Origin: an uncultured archaeon
GTDB lineage: Archaea > Thermoplasmatota > Penumbrarchaeia > JASLWR01
DNA: 64,000 nucleotides
Assembly (NCBI GenBank): GCA_964430885.1
Contig: CAYSHM010000005.1
Coordinates: 1 to 64,000 of the forward strand
Reading direction: 5' to 3'
Shown here: in pieces, positions 32,101 through 41,700 of the stretch
Layout: the number at the start of each line of letters is the position of its first letter
How positions within the stretch are numbered: position 1 is the stretch's first letter
Notes under the pieces: generated by a model
Told to the model about the DNA's origin: nothing
The model's database searches: none
Seen by the model: only the letters and a program-made list of their open reading frames with translations
Made by a program: the position numbers and the translations under genes

Positions 32101-32783
32101 CCGTTAATAACACTTCAAACCGGAATATCACTGTGATACTTGAGGACATAGGAGAATTAAAGGGATTCAAGATAACCATTCAGCCTAAGGAACTGACGCA
32201 TAAACTTGACATTTCCGAAGGGGGAGAATTCACCATATTGATCAGTTCAACTCCATCCAGTGAAATTAAGAATATCGATTTGTCATTGAAGGTTAGGGTA
32301 TTGGAAAATGGAAAAACCTACTCAGAGGATGAAACACTTAAGGTGACCCGAAGTATAATTACCAACGGGGATGACGATGATGATGATTCTGACAGTGGTG
32401 AAGGAAAAGGAGGATTAATGTCATCATGGATCATCTGGGCAGTAGCTGGAGCGATCTTGCTTTTCATCATCTGCTTGGTTGTTGTATTGGTTATCAAGAA
32501 GGGAAAAAAGAAGGACGAGGAACTTCTTCTAGATGATGAAATTGATGACCCTGGTTCATCGGAGGAAGCAACTGAGACTGAGGAGGTGGAGGTGGCCGAA
32601 GTGGAGATTGCCCCTGACACCCTGGAGATTAAAGAAAACGACGATACTCTCCACGAGGACTTTGCTTCAGAAGAAAATAATATGGTAAAGGCTTCAGATG
32701 ATGAAATAATTGACCAGAAAGAAAATATTTCAGGAAAAGAAGTATCAATACCAAAGCCCAAACCCCCAAAACCCCCTGAATAG
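29196..32783 (+). CDS. M6-family (immune inhibitor A-like) metalloprotease with Ig-like stalk, TM anchor and acidic tail
   Basis: HAGSGEE, HEFGHNLGLPDLYD, WGLMSAG, EYFLLENR, GLLIWHIDE. Signal peptide and C-terminal TM helix. Confidence 0.92.
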   Translation: MIKMNWFYRISNQRASKILLISLSLALFFFTSLAPLGTMWSDTDHLKENSKSHGPKSSGGEIDILAESDGGLLQAPAHPLKEGNLRRSISRPSPTPFPYLERSDNRQGEFNLLCIRVQFQEDDTPLTTGNGLMEPEHNEYYYNAIFQQMSDYYKEVSYDQFNLNASVTEEIFTVDHNMSHYGSNGNEVQKNVYLINDTIAKADPSIDFSQYDFFIVIHAGSGEETDINNDSPHDIWSNNLGLYHFWAVLGGPIQTNDGKSISQISVIPETQNQDGLFSQNITGVACHEFGHNLGLPDLYDVEYHSDGIGIWGLMSAGPNLNGGLTPSHFCAWSKMYLNWVDPMIIDTNRTDVYIRNIEDYKDIYKIVLPGSNGKEYFLLENRQRRGFDRYLPGDGLLIWHIDENIIFQDVGWGFNRLEANDVNTWPNHKGVDLEEAGGTQELDIIGDYNSGDHRDPWFGKPEGFTPYTVPNTFTYTDINTEIHITDISWSSNNMSFSVNFKDRAIDLKKPNINTTSGLPGASISFPLRLWSNRARENSYNDRITLTVESDHSDLLVLSQNPAEIPLDADNIFVYANLTIPLDAHYQDLYIFHITAESQDDVQAPTGLTLTVSVEEILEFALSPIGNITLLPGEANVQNITIAFNNSGNDRERFDFSVELSDEDWEWELSQERVWLEPDSEHKIYLYLFSPDNSIFSDECVFDIFMEHSTGTLTTGFSAEVLQIFNLTMEVVDIADYATHSDPSVLNISVRNYGNGQDNISISLTGTKAGWTIDFSSDYLIIPRKGIRYFTVTITPQKLAHYNDDFPFTVKVHSQGGFSLESENLEVKVSKLVLLDLECDNKNITLSTKKNTVQVTVQLLNKGNVEDYYQMNVVMPPDVKMSLEGINKDNITIPAFNDIFMVMLFEFPDDITAGLYYIDIDISSSRQSDITLEMRLNITIPNIYELQVDFSSDKDGLDLSKSSSIKYTITVNNTSNRNITVILEDIGELKGFKITIQPKELTHKLDISEGGEFTILISSTPSSEIKNIDLSLKVRVLENGKTYSEDETLKVTRSIITNGDDDDDDSDSGEGKGGLMSSWIIWAVAGAILLFIICLVVVLVIKKGKKKDEELLLDDEIDDPGSSEEATETEEVEVAEVEIAPDTLEIKENDDTLHEDFASEENNMVKASDDEIIDQKENISGKEVSIPKPKPPKPPE

Positions 32784-33066
32784 AAAATCATCGATTACCT
32801 TACAATTCAATCATCTAATTATCATTTCATCAAGCATTTTGCTTTCTTATCAGCCCAAGGAATCCTGAAAAAGTCATAATTGAGCAGTTCTTAAATCTTT
32901 AGATAGATAATCCTTTAGGGTTATTCCATACCGCAACAAATTAACGACCATCTAAATTTATTCCTGAAATAATCCGAGGAAATAATTTCGGAATAATATA
33001 CTCAATATTTGATTGCATTTTAAATATTATAAGTGTGATAGAAAATAACTTGTGGAGTGAACATTC

Positions 33067-33996
33067 ATGCTGAACACCGCAACAAAGATAACCCTGGGCA
33101 GATTGATATTGGTTTTCCCTGTCCTCTTCCTGTTGTGGTTCCCGTCATACCGTATAATTGCCATAGTTCTATTTGTGGTCCTTTCCTTGATGGATGCCCT
33201 TGATGGTTATGTTGCCAGAAAGATGGACCAAGTTACCAGGATAGGTACCATACTGGATCCTGTGGCCGATAAACTGACAATTCTCGGTCTTCTGATAATC
33301 CTTCCTCTGATCTATCCTTACTTCCCGATATGGTTCTCATTGATAATTATCGGTAGGGATATAGTCATTGTTTTTGGATGGACAGTGCATTATTATCTTA
33401 CAGGTAATGCAATTATGATCCCCAGCAGATTAGGGAAGATCACCATGTTCATCCAATATACGACCATCAGTGTTGCCGTATTGATGGTTACCCTTTATGC
33501 CTATGATATAGATCCTTTGAGCAACAAGGTTTGGCTGGCTAATTTCATTCTGCTTGCAGTATCGTTCCTTACAATATTTACTTCCGTGGATTACATGTTC
33601 GCCCTTATTCATCATGGTTTTAAAAGTCACCCTGGAACTGTATCTCCAATGGACCTCGTAAAGGATAGGAGGGACCTGAGAAGAGCCAAGAAACGAAAAC
33701 CAATGGCGAGAAGAAGAATAATGAAGCATGTATACAAAAAGCGGAAGGAAGCGAAAGACCTTCCTCTGTATAAAGCTATCCTAATTGAGAATTTCCCAAA
33801 AAGACGTGTATGTCAGATATGCCAGGGAACTATGAGAAAGACCAGCGTTCTCAGATGCAGATGCGGCAGGTTTTTCCATAATGAATGTATTCAGAAGACT
33901 ATTGGGGAATGCCCCAGATGCGGAACCGTCATGCACCTTGATAAAAAAAGAATACCCAAAGAAGACATAATAAAAGGTCTGCTTAGAACTAGCTAA
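33067..33996 (+). CDS. CDP-alcohol phosphatidyltransferase (PgsA-like) fused to a C-terminal C4HC3 RING-like finger
   Basis: Intact signature DALDGYVARKMDQVTRIGTILDPVADK. C-terminal CQIC..CRC..H..C..CPRC. Confidence 0.88.
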   Translation: MLNTATKITLGRLILVFPVLFLLWFPSYRIIAIVLFVVLSLMDALDGYVARKMDQVTRIGTILDPVADKLTILGLLIILPLIYPYFPIWFSLIIIGRDIVIVFGWTVHYYLTGNAIMIPSRLGKITMFIQYTTISVAVLMVTLYAYDIDPLSNKVWLANFILLAVSFLTIFTSVDYMFALIHHGFKSHPGTVSPMDLVKDRRDLRRAKKRKPMARRRIMKHVYKKRKEAKDLPLYKAILIENFPKRRVCQICQGTMRKTSVLRCRCGRFFHNECIQKTIGECPRCGTVMHLDKKRIPKEDIIKGLLRTS

Positions 33997-34074
33997 ATAT
34001 TACAATAAGTCATCAGAATAAATATCCACATCTCCAATAGTAATTCAATTAACACAGAAAACGAGAAATATCTA

Positions 34075-37000
34075 TCAAGGCTGGGTCCTATCATTGCCGT
34101 ATATAGAATATCGGGTCCTCTCCCCGGATTTATTAATTTCTAATCCTTCATCCGGTTCTGAGTGATCTTTGGTGTTCTTTGTTTTTTGAAAACTGTCATC
34201 CCTGTTTGAAGAGTACATACCGAAATCGCTTCTTTTTCTTCTCCGCACATATAAGACAGCTAGAATCACACACAGAATCAGTACTAAAGCACAGGATATT
34301 ATCAATAACCAAAATGTCGATTCCACAAACCTTCCGGTCCTTCCATCAAGAAGGTTTTCAAGATCATCATCCAATTCACCCGGGGCGGAAGTGTTTTTAT
34401 TATCATTATCGGACCCAGGCAGCACTACAATATCCCTTATTAAACCGTATTCAAATCCTACAAATCCAAGAAGGGCCATCACTTTAAATTCGCCTGAATC
34501 TATTGGGGTGAAGTTCCAGTTAGCACCACCTTCAAAAGCATAATTAAACCTGCCCGTATCCGAAGCAATCAGGAACCATTTAACATATTGAGGTTTGGGA
34601 AAAGTACCATTGCAGTGAAGTTCAACTCGAACCTGACTACGCTTAGGTACTATACTGCCTGGTTTCAAGCTAAGATACCATTTTTCGTCCCATTCTTCCT
34701 TTGATAAAATTGTAATGTTCCGCTGGAGAATAATATTGACATCTTCTTCTCCCAAGAGGCCGCTTATTATGACTGTAATGTTGTAATTATCCGGTTTTGC
34801 CAGAGATAAAGTTATCGAGCCCCCATAATATTCATTGACAGTAGCACCTAATCGAACCTTCCATGTGAAATTACATTCGGCGGAATCCAAGGCGGATAGA
34901 TCTGATCGATTTATTAACACCGCACTGCAGTTGAAGGATCTATCTTCCAGACCGTAAGAGGGGCTGAACATTTCACCAATAATCCCGGGTTCGGACTCTC
35001 CAATAACTTGGACCAAATATCGGGCTATAGAAATTCCAGGAGGGCGCCAATCAGTGCCTTGGTCTGTGACATTCAATTGAACCAAAAATGAACCCTTGAA
35101 AGGAAAGCTGTAAGATAGATTCTCATTTATAATTGGACCCGCAAAGAAACAATGTGCATAAAGCTCATGGAACTCCTCGTTAAACAGAGAGATGGAGCCT
35201 GAAACATTGAAGATCCACCATGTAAATAGGAGCTGGTTGGATTCAGCATCAGCAGCTTCGGGCTGACACTTATGTAGGTCACCTACCTTAATAGTAACAT
35301 TCTCCAATTCCAATATCTCCGGAGGGGAATTCTCTGGAGCCTCTTCTATCCTGAATGAGAAGGGGGGCGAGGGGATTTGGGTTCCATTTTCATCTGTAAC
35401 CTCAACCATCCATTCATACTCATGACCAGTCCATAGATATTCAGGGGAGATATAGTGAGAACATTCATGGACCACATTGGGGGGATTCAAAGCTGAATAT
35501 GTGAAGTTATCAGTGTGGATAGAGAACCATTCTGGAAATTCCGCATGTAGATCATACAGATAGATCTCAACATGAAGATCATCACCATCCGCTTCCTCTA
35601 AATTATAATCCAGCTGGATCCCCGTCTGAGATACTGTATAGGGAAGTACTGCATCAGTTAATGGCGATTCGAGTGTTACGGAAGGCGGATAATCCACATC
35701 CACACGGAAGGTCCTAATCTCTGATTGAACCTGAACCTGCTGTCCATCTTCCCTCACATCCCTTACTTCCAACCACCATTCATACCAATTGGCATCATCC
35801 AGAGGGCTGGAGATGGTCAAGTTCAGACTGTCAGCTATATGATCGTGATCGGGACCTATCAAAGGTATGGGCCCGCTATCTGCCGTAGAGCCGAGTTGCA
35901 TTTTTCTCCAGAACAAATTTCCCGTGATATTGTCCCCGTCATGATCTATAACATCAAACTCAAGGGCCGGTGTCAGATCCTGGAATTCTATCCCATCCGC
36001 TGTGAGGAGATCGGTTACCGGAGGCCTGTTGGACATTTCTGTAAGATTGTTCTTCACATAGATATTGCTGGATTCGCCGGTGTCGTTGTGCGATGAGAAG
36101 ACAAGCCAAGTGGTTCCGTCTGAACACGGCATGGTAGCAGGGGATGCGTCATCGTCCAGGGATTCGGTCAGTAGGCATCCATCATCCATCAACCTGCTGT
36201 TTCTTTCAGAATTCAATTGGGTGAAATAAATATCACCGTTGGATTTGCCATCGATAGTCCTATCTGAATAATAGAAAAGCCTCGCCGATCCGTTAATTTC
36301 ACCAAGGGCCGGATCCTGAGACCCATGCTTAGAATCAACCAACCTGGTCGGTGCTTTCCAATCGCTCCATCCGGGTGAAGATGTTCCGAAAACCTCTTTT
36401 TTTCCATTCGGACCTGTTGACTGTGCCCAGAGTATCCACAGCATGCCATCCTCGGTCTGATAGTTATATGTCCCGTCCACATGAGAAAGAGTATCGCTGA
36501 CCTTGGTGGGATCATTGAAGGATTGTCCGTTATTGACTGAATAACTGAAATAAACTCCATTATCTGCACCGTCCATTGAAAAAACGCACCAGAGGGTTCC
36601 GTACCTGGTGCGGTGAAGATTTGGGTCCATGTGATTTGAACCAGGGAAAAGGTCCGTGATCATCTGCTCTTCACCCCATGAAGCACCGCTGTCTGTCGAA
36701 AGCCTGTAGCATACCCGCCATTTATCGTTAATTTTTCCCTGGTATGAAAGGACCCAAGTTCCATCATTGGATTGGGTAAAGGTTGGCGAGGCAATCTCAT
36801 CAAGCTGAGCCGTGAGCAGCGTCTCCGGGGTGCTCCAATTCTGGCCTCTGTCTCCGCTGATAGTCATTAAGATACTGCTCTCACCTTGAGATCGTTCAAG
36901 CCAAACAAGACATATATCACCATTGTCCAATTCAGCAACATCCGGTTCCAGGCTGTCAGCTTCTGTTGGGAATACCTCGGTCAGCATATGATCCACAAGG

Positions 37001-37932
37001 GGCAGGTCCAAATCCGGTCTTTCCAAGCCGTAGTAATCGAATATCCCGAAGAACATTCCTCTCCCGGCTGACTCCTTGAAGCTATCCTGATGGAGAAGCT
37101 GGTTATCGTCGTAATTGTCATGAAAGGCCACTTCTACCAAACATCCCGGCATATTCGTTTCCCTGAGAACGCACAAAGAGAAACCACAAATATCCTCATC
37201 CTTCAGAACCCCCCGATCCTGTGTTCCGCATTCCGCCACAAGGGGAGGATGAATATCATTGGCCAAAGCAAGATCCGCCGAGGGTGAACCACCGCCTGTG
37301 CCCGTATCCTGGCCGCCCCATATGGTCATTGTCCCTCTGGCTGACCCACCTCCTGCATTTGTATGGATGGATATGAATATGTCCCCGTTGACCTGATTTG
37401 CATATTCAGGGCGGATTGTGAGATCCTGATTGAGAGAACCAAAGCCTGAATAGCCCATTGCACCTCTTAGGTGACACCAGGCTCCCTCCTGCCATTTCGG
37501 CTGTCCGGATATACCGATGCTTGCATTCTTGTCCAGTTCCCTGGTCACGTGCAAGTTAGCTCCTGTGTGTTTATCAAGATAATCAAAAAGATAGGATGCT
37601 ATTTCAACTGTGAGCTCATCCTCCACAAGACCCCAGCAGTCCGGACGCTGATATACCCAGGAATTCCCGTTGTAATAGAGACCATGCCCCGGATCAATGA
37701 CAATGTCAATTCCATCCAGTGGTAAAGCGCGAACACTACACAGAGCCGGCGGGGATCCAGAGTAGAGGACGTAGGCATCGGTATGTAAACCTTTTTGAGG
37801 GAATGACGATGCAAGAAAAAAGAAAATTAAGATTAAAGAAATAAGCAAGCTGAGAGGGCATTTGCATTCCTTGGGTGATCTAATGGGCCTTAATATATGA
37901 GATATGAAAGAAATAATGTATTTTCTCATCAA
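34075..37932 (-). CDS. N-acetylmuramoyl-L-alanine amidase (Amidase_3) + BNR/sialidase-like propeller + Ig/PKD stalk + TM anchor
   Basis: IVIDPGHG, EDELT, DIFISIHTNA, VLRETNMPGCLVEVAFHDN. Asp-boxes SGDRGQNW, STDSGASW, SVNNGQSF. TM helix followed by RRRKR. Confidence 0.88.
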   Translation of the reverse strand: MMRKYIISFISHILRPIRSPKECKCPLSLLISLILIFFFLASSFPQKGLHTDAYVLYSGSPPALCSVRALPLDGIDIVIDPGHGLYYNGNSWVYQRPDCWGLVEDELTVEIASYLFDYLDKHTGANLHVTRELDKNASIGISGQPKWQEGAWCHLRGAMGYSGFGSLNQDLTIRPEYANQVNGDIFISIHTNAGGGSARGTMTIWGGQDTGTGGGSPSADLALANDIHPPLVAECGTQDRGVLKDEDICGFSLCVLRETNMPGCLVEVAFHDNYDDNQLLHQDSFKESAGRGMFFGIFDYYGLERPDLDLPLVDHMLTEVFPTEADSLEPDVAELDNGDICLVWLERSQGESSILMTISGDRGQNWSTPETLLTAQLDEIASPTFTQSNDGTWVLSYQGKINDKWRVCYRLSTDSGASWGEEQMITDLFPGSNHMDPNLHRTRYGTLWCVFSMDGADNGVYFSYSVNNGQSFNDPTKVSDTLSHVDGTYNYQTEDGMLWILWAQSTGPNGKKEVFGTSSPGWSDWKAPTRLVDSKHGSQDPALGEINGSARLFYYSDRTIDGKSNGDIYFTQLNSERNSRLMDDGCLLTESLDDDASPATMPCSDGTTWLVFSSHNDTGESSNIYVKNNLTEMSNRPPVTDLLTADGIEFQDLTPALEFDVIDHDGDNITGNLFWRKMQLGSTADSGPIPLIGPDHDHIADSLNLTISSPLDDANWYEWWLEVRDVREDGQQVQVQSEIRTFRVDVDYPPSVTLESPLTDAVLPYTVSQTGIQLDYNLEEADGDDLHVEIYLYDLHAEFPEWFSIHTDNFTYSALNPPNVVHECSHYISPEYLWTGHEYEWMVEVTDENGTQIPSPPFSFRIEEAPENSPPEILELENVTIKVGDLHKCQPEAADAESNQLLFTWWIFNVSGSISLFNEEFHELYAHCFFAGPIINENLSYSFPFKGSFLVQLNVTDQGTDWRPPGISIARYLVQVIGESEPGIIGEMFSPSYGLEDRSFNCSAVLINRSDLSALDSAECNFTWKVRLGATVNEYYGGSITLSLAKPDNYNITVIISGLLGEEDVNIILQRNITILSKEEWDEKWYLSLKPGSIVPKRSQVRVELHCNGTFPKPQYVKWFLIASDTGRFNYAFEGGANWNFTPIDSGEFKVMALLGFVGFEYGLIRDIVVLPGSDNDNKNTSAPGELDDDLENLLDGRTGRFVESTFWLLIISCALVLILCVILAVLYVRRRKRSDFGMYSSNRDDSFQKTKNTKDHSEPDEGLEINKSGERTRYSIYGNDRTQP

Positions 37933-38038
37933 TATATTTCATCTCCAGGGGTTTTCAATTCACCGTCACATTATTCAATCCAAAAACCAATATTATCATT
38001 ATCGAATAAAAAAATATTGACCCTTGTTCTATATCTAT

Positions 38039-38566
38039 CTATAGGTCATTTTCAAACACAAACATTCCATTTTCAAGTCTTCGGCATTTTTTCCAGGGTA
38101 TCACACGAGCGTTCATAGCCACATATACTCCGGGCCTCATTGACCTAACAGCACCCACGGCCATACCCAGGTTGAAGGATGCTTCGCTTCCCTTGAAGCG
38201 CTCCGGTAGAAAGGAACCTGTTAGAATTATGGTTTTTTTCTCCAAACTGCTCAAAACCTGAGCTGTATCGAGAATGGAATCTGTACCATGGGTGATAATG
38301 AAATGATTAGATTCACTCTCATGGATGAAATCTCTAAGTTCGATCCGATCATCTAGGGTCATATCCAGGCTGTCCTTCTGGAACATCATAAAATATTGGA
38401 AGTATCCTGCCGGTGCATTCACCTTACCGAGTATTCTCTCAAAAGCCGGTTCGGTAATAAGGAATGAATAACCCCCTTTTTTCAATGGATAATCCTTATC
38501 TATTGACCCACCGGTTTGAATGAGAACTATCTTATCGATGTTTTTATTGAAATTGGTCCCGCACAT
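38039..38566 (-). CDS. Short asparaginase-domain protein
   Basis: TGGSIDKDY, KDSLDM, ITHGTDS, ILTGS, ASFNLG. ATG 38566 has a GGTGG SD. Confidence 0.85.
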   Translation of the reverse strand: MCGTNFNKNIDKIVLIQTGGSIDKDYPLKKGGYSFLITEPAFERILGKVNAPAGYFQYFMMFQKDSLDMTLDDRIELRDFIHESESNHFIITHGTDSILDTAQVLSSLEKKTIILTGSFLPERFKGSEASFNLGMAVGAVRSMRPGVYVAMNARVIPWKKCRRLENGMFVFENDL

Positions 38567-38737
38567 GACAAACACCACCTGACACAATTTTAGATACAAA
38601 GAGGAATTATTATTTCAGCCTTAATAAAATATTGCCCTTGAAACCCTTATTTGACTATCTGATAAAGGCAGAAATTCTATATATATGTAGTTCTTTTCTA
38701 AAAAATACAATTTTTAAAAAATGCTGTTGGTGTTGAC

Positions 38738-41700
38738 ATGGCCAGTAAAAAAAAGCATCTGAAAAGATTTCTTAAAAGCAAGAAAAGCACGTTATTGAAA
38801 GCCTCGGTGATCCTAATCACTGTGATATTCCTTTCCCTATTGATCCCTGAAAAGGTCGGTATAAGGGAATACCAAAGCAAGATCATCAGGCATAGACCGG
38901 ATACCCGACTTGATGAAAGAACTGCAGAGGATCCTGGAAATGGAGGGATGCTACCCTATTTCCATTATGTGGACAGCAGTGTAAATACCGCAAACGGAAA
39001 CTTATTCATTTCTGAGAACGATATCTCTCGGCCCTCACTCCCCCAGGCATTGACTTTCAGCAGGTCCTACAATTCCATGAACTCCCTGTCAACTACATCG
39101 GTTGGTTACGGATGGACCCATTCTTACAATTCATATCTCATGCCGGAAGAAGGTATGGTCACCCTATTCAGGGAAGATGGGGCAGTGTTCAGTTTCAATG
39201 AGAACGGTACTGAATTCGATACTCCGCCTGGACTTGATGCCTTATTGACCAAGAACGGCACAAATTTTCTTCTGATGTACAAGAATGGAATGACCTTCAC
39301 CTATGACCGCAACGGCGTTCTGAGGAACCTTTACGATCGGAGCGGGAATAAACAGAACCTCAACTACAAGGACGATGTTCTAACACATGTCAAGGACATT
39401 AATGAACAGTCCCTTGAATTCAGCTATGACGCAAGTTCAAGGCTTATCAAGGTGAGCGACGGGACCAGAGATGTCACATTCGAGTACGACGGAGGGGGAC
39501 GGCTGATCAAGGCAACTGATGCATCGGGCAACTCTACAAATTACTACTACGGCCCTAACAACCAGCTGAAGGTAAGAGAGGATAGAAGGGGCAAAGCCGT
39601 TTATTATGAATATGACCAGGACAGCAGAGCCTATGAGATAGGTAAAGCAGAAGGCGATCTTCTCTTCAAATCCCAGACAAGCCATTATCTGAAATATTCA
39701 ATATCCTATGTCGAATCTGGGGCCGAATTGACCAATGCCATGGGACATGTATGGAATATCAATCTCGATACAGATGGCAGGATTTCAGGCATAACCGATC
39801 CTTTGGGATACGGCACCACAGTGACATTCGATGAGAATTGGAATGTTGATTCAGCAGAGGACCAGATGGGCAGTACCCAGCATTTCGAATACGATAATTA
39901 CAACAATATGGTCACCTGGACCGATCCCCTTGGTAATGCAAAGGCCTATACTTATGAAATGTTCACAGTGGATTTCTATTACTGCCCCCCTGCCACAATG
40001 ACCGACGAGAACGGCAAGACCTGGACCTACAGCTACAACTCCCAGGGCCGGCTTCTTGAAGATAAGGACCCAAGCGGCAATTCAACCCTGTACACATGGA
40101 CAGAAAACGGGCTTCTGGAGAGCATCACCTATCCTACCGGTGCCCGGACCGATTATGAATATGACAATTCAGGCAATCTTATCAGCACAGCAATGCCCAA
40201 CGGACTGTTGGTGGATTATTCCTACGATTCCCTTGGCAGAATGATCAAGCAGAAAAAGGGAAACCGGGTAACGACTCACTCATACGACCTGAACAATCGA
40301 CTTTACAGAACCAATTACCCTGACAACAGCTATGAGGTTTACGAATACGACGCCCTTGGCACAATTATCAAGAAGAGAGATCAGAACGGCGGGATCCATG
40401 AATATGACCACGGGGAGAAGGAGGTAATAATTGAAGAGGTTTTGAACGGAACGGAGATCTACAATGCCAGGGTGAACAAGATTGGAGATATTCAGAAGGA
40501 GCAGAACGCCAACGGGGACATCACCTCCTATTATTATGACCCAATGGGAAGACTGACCATGATAAAGTATCCTGATAAGACCTATGACAGTTTCAGCTAT
40601 GATGGTGCCGGCAGAATGACCTCGGCAAAGGACCAGATGGGTTTCACAACCACCTATGAGTACGATGCAATTGGGAGGCTGGAAACCGAGAGGAACCACC
40701 TGGGAAGCACTGTAACCTACAGCTATGATGCAGCAGGGCGCATGACCGGGTTCAATGATCTGAATGGAGGTCAGTGGACCTATGAATATGATGCAGTGGG
40801 CAATATGATCAAGGAAACCGACCCAGCTGGATACTCCCAGAACTATACCTATGACGCTGTGGGAAACCGCATCTCCCGGGAGGATAAGAACGGTAACATG
40901 TGGGAGATGGAGTATGACGGGATGAACCTTATGACCGAGATGAATCATCCAGACGGCGCTGTGGAAAGCTGGTCCTATGATCTATACGGTGATGTTACTG
41001 AGCATGTGGATGCCGATGGAGAGAGATGGGAATTCGAGTACGACAGCATGGGCAACATGATCAAGGAAATAGACCCCCTGGGCAATTTCAAGGGCTACAG
41101 CTATGACAGGCTGGGAAATATGCTGTCCTACAGGGATGAGAGAGGAAACAGAATAAGATACCAATATGATGATCTCGGAAACATGATTTCAATAACCGAT
41201 CCCCTTGGACGAATCACCGAATACGAGTACGACGGGGAGGGAAACATCATCGAGATGGAAAGGCCCGACGGGGAGGAGTTCACCTTCACATACGACAGTT
41301 TCGGAAGGGTTCTTTCACAGAAAACCCCCTGGAGAACCCTGAGTTACGGATATGATGCAGGAGGAAACCTCATCTCAAAAACCGATCCCTGCGGGAATGC
41401 GGTAAGAATGGAATATGATCACAACGGATTGATCCTGAAATACACCGACGAGGAGGGGTATTCAAGCAATTACAGATATGATTCCGACGGAAATCTCATT
41501 AGGTATGATGACCGCAAGGAAGGCATTCACTGGTGGGAATACACAAGGGATGCAGTGGGCAGGGTTACCATGGTGGAGGATCCTGCCGGGAACAGCTGGA
41601 GATACAGCTATGACGGCGAAGGCAATATAGTAAGGATAGTGGATGCAGCGGGCAATCCTGCCAGCTACAGCTATGACCATATGGGGAATATCCTATCGCA

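Noticed and set aside
32959-32997. Imperfect inverted repeat (ttattcctgaaat...atttcggaataa) upstream of the PgsA-like gene
   Set aside because: AT-rich and imperfect, so it could arise by chance. Not enough support to call a regulatory site.
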